Source of the DNA: an uncultured Chloroflexia bacterium
GTDB lineage: Bacteria; Chloroflexota; Limnocylindria; Limnocylindrales; CSP1-4
Reading direction: 5' to 3'
Length of the DNA: 64,000 nucleotides
Assembly (NCBI GenBank): GCA_963778955.1
Contig: CAVZWI010000001.1
Span: forward strand, 1,074,383 to 1,138,382
The translations under genes and the position numbers were made by a program. Positions 61,619-64,000 of this stretch are shown here, piece by piece. Under the pieces are notes generated by a model. That model saw only the letters and a program-made list of their open reading frames with translations, did no database searches and was not told the origin of the DNA. Each line of letters starts with the position of its first letter. The first letter of the stretch is position 1.

Positions 61619-61676
61619 TGAGTCCAACTCGAACAGGCGCCCCACCCGGCTGGATGAGGCGTCTGCGTCGATCAGG

Positions 61677-62864
<1,188 letters not shown>

Positions 62865-63015
62865 GACGGCACACCTCCACCTCCGCCAGGTCGCGGGTCA
62901 CTTGCATCTGCTGGCCGATCGACCAGCTGGACGGACCCCATACGCCTCACGGTGGGTGCCTCCATCGTAGCAAACGAATGCATTCGGGTCGCCTCGGGGC
63001 CGACGGACCCATAGG

Positions 63016-63642
63016 CTACGGCTCCGGTAGACAGCGATCCTGTTCCACGCCCTGGGGGCCACCCTGGCTGACCCGGTAGTAGACGTAGCGCAGCTTCGTC
63101 GACCCCTGCACCTTCCTGCTGGAGCCCGGCTTGTACCAGCGCATCTCGACGACGGCGCGGAACTGGTAGCCCTGATCGAACGGCACCAGCCACGAGCGTT
63201 TGCCGAACCTGGCCGCCTTGTCGTCGAAGGCCGTCTTCTTGACGAGCTTGCTGGCCTTGGCAGTGACCCAGCCACCTGTCCCGCCCTCGTTGACCGAGCG
63301 CTGGAAGCGCACCCGGACGCCGACCGTCTGGGGATCTCGGGCGCCACTTCGGTCTCGCGCGAAGAGGCGGGGCCCCGTGGCCTCCATCAGATCGATGTCG
63401 TTGCCCTGGTCGCCGGGACCGCCGGCATCGTAGGTGCAGACGACGCCGGGCGTCGTGCTGCTGTCGCTCAGGACGTATGGTCCGATCTTGCCCGTGGTGC
63501 TGAGCGGAATGGCCGCCAGCATCGATTGCGAGCCCAGGGCCATCGCGAGCAAGGCGATGGCCAGGGCAGAGAGACGTCGATGCTCGCGACACGTGATACC
63601 TCCAAGGCGTGGGTGGGATCGGGCCGCTGCGAGTCCCCGCAA
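63016..63642 (-). CDS. Secreted hypothetical protein
   Basis: Hydrophobic signal-like segment LSALAIALLAMALGSQSMLAA and an uninterrupted ORF; no family recognised. The start is uncertain (a GGAGGT-N5-GTG at about 63585 is in another frame). Confidence 0.45.
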   Translation of the reverse strand: MRGLAAARSHPRLGGITCREHRRLSALAIALLAMALGSQSMLAAIPLSTTGKIGPYVLSDSSTTPGVVCTYDAGGPGDQGNDIDLMEATGPRLFARDRSGARDPQTVGVRVRFQRSVNEGGTGGWVTAKASKLVKKTAFDDKAARFGKRSWLVPFDQGYQFRAVVEMRWYKPGSSRKVQGSTKLRYVYYRVSQGGPQGVEQDRCLPEP

Positions 63643-63676
63643 CGGCCCGAACGGACGACCTGACGATCAGGCTGGA

Positions 63677-64000
63677 CTACTTGTATTGCCACTCCACCAG
63701 GAGCAGGCAACCTTGCGTATCGGTTGCCTTGCGCGCCGTCGATCCGACCGCCAACGGGGGGTCGAACAGCAGCGTGTGGTCACCACCACTGCCGCAGCGG
63801 AGTGTCCCCGTGCGCTTGGCCTTGATGGCGATGCGATCGCCCTTGTGGACCTGGAAGCTGCTGGCGAAGGACTCGATCTTGTAGACGAAGTCATCGTCAT
63901 CGCCGCAGCCCTGCGGGTCGCCCTGGTACTTGATGGTCGGGCCATTGAGCACGACGCGGTACTTGTTCGATGCGGGCGACTTGCGGGCGACCTGGACCTT
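63677..64000 (-). CDS. Hypothetical protein, 5' end probably beyond the window edge
   Basis: The ORF frame remains open upstream of Met 63952 to the window end. No recognisable motifs. Confidence 0.35.
   Translation of the reverse strand, partial: KVQVARKSPASNKYRVVLNGPTIKYQGDPQGCGDDDDFVYKIESFASSFQVHKGDRIAIKAKRTGTLRCGSGGDHTLLFDPPLAVGSTARKATDTQGCLLLVEWQYK

Overview
High-GC (Actinobacteria-like) chromosomal window in two contrasting halves. Positions 1-31.7 kb hold ordinary, tightly packed housekeeping and accessory genes. These include the aceE 3' end, two ECF sigma operons, hppA, msrB, crcB-DUF190, a cbiM-PDGLE-cbiQ-cbiO Co/Ni ECF importer with a divergent Fur-family regulator, two PQQ-type sugar dehydrogenase paralogs, and a DUF4032-sulfotransferase pair. 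Only six reading-frame breaks occur in this half, and five of them are single extra bases next to a GATC site. Positions 31.7-61.65 kb are a roughly 30 kb carbohydrate/polyol catabolic block. It contains Gfo/Idh/MocA, FGGY kinase, rpiB, a ribose-type ABC transporter, two P450 + URO-D-like modules, a CRTAC1-vanadium-haloperoxidase-like fusion, Zn-ADHs, SDR, Hyi-like isomerase, transaldolase, HPS-like, Dak and amidohydrolase genes, plus one IS110 element. Almost every gene in it needs several single-base frame corrections, mostly homopolymer deletions and GATC-adjacent indels. The block edges are sharp: an intact sulfotransferase on the left and an intact ugpC/msiK-like ATPase on the right. The left edge coincides with a chimeric rpiB-5'/sulfotransferase-3' scar. 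I cannot tell from sequence alone whether this is real gene decay or a low-quality long-read patch with methylation-linked (GATC) consensus errors. The pattern itself is the strongest unexplained signal. Other points of interest:
- a perfect 36-bp x ~9 in-frame tandem repeat in a YbaY-like lipoprotein;
- an ECF sigma translationally coupled to an MGMT/Ada-zinc protein;
- an ECF sigma coupled to a membrane-anchored sorbosone-dehydrogenase-like protein;
- a ~100-bp hairpin-rich repeat array between fur and cbiM.
No rRNA, tRNA or CRISPR array was found. All coordinates of frameshifted genes are approximate reconstructions by eye.
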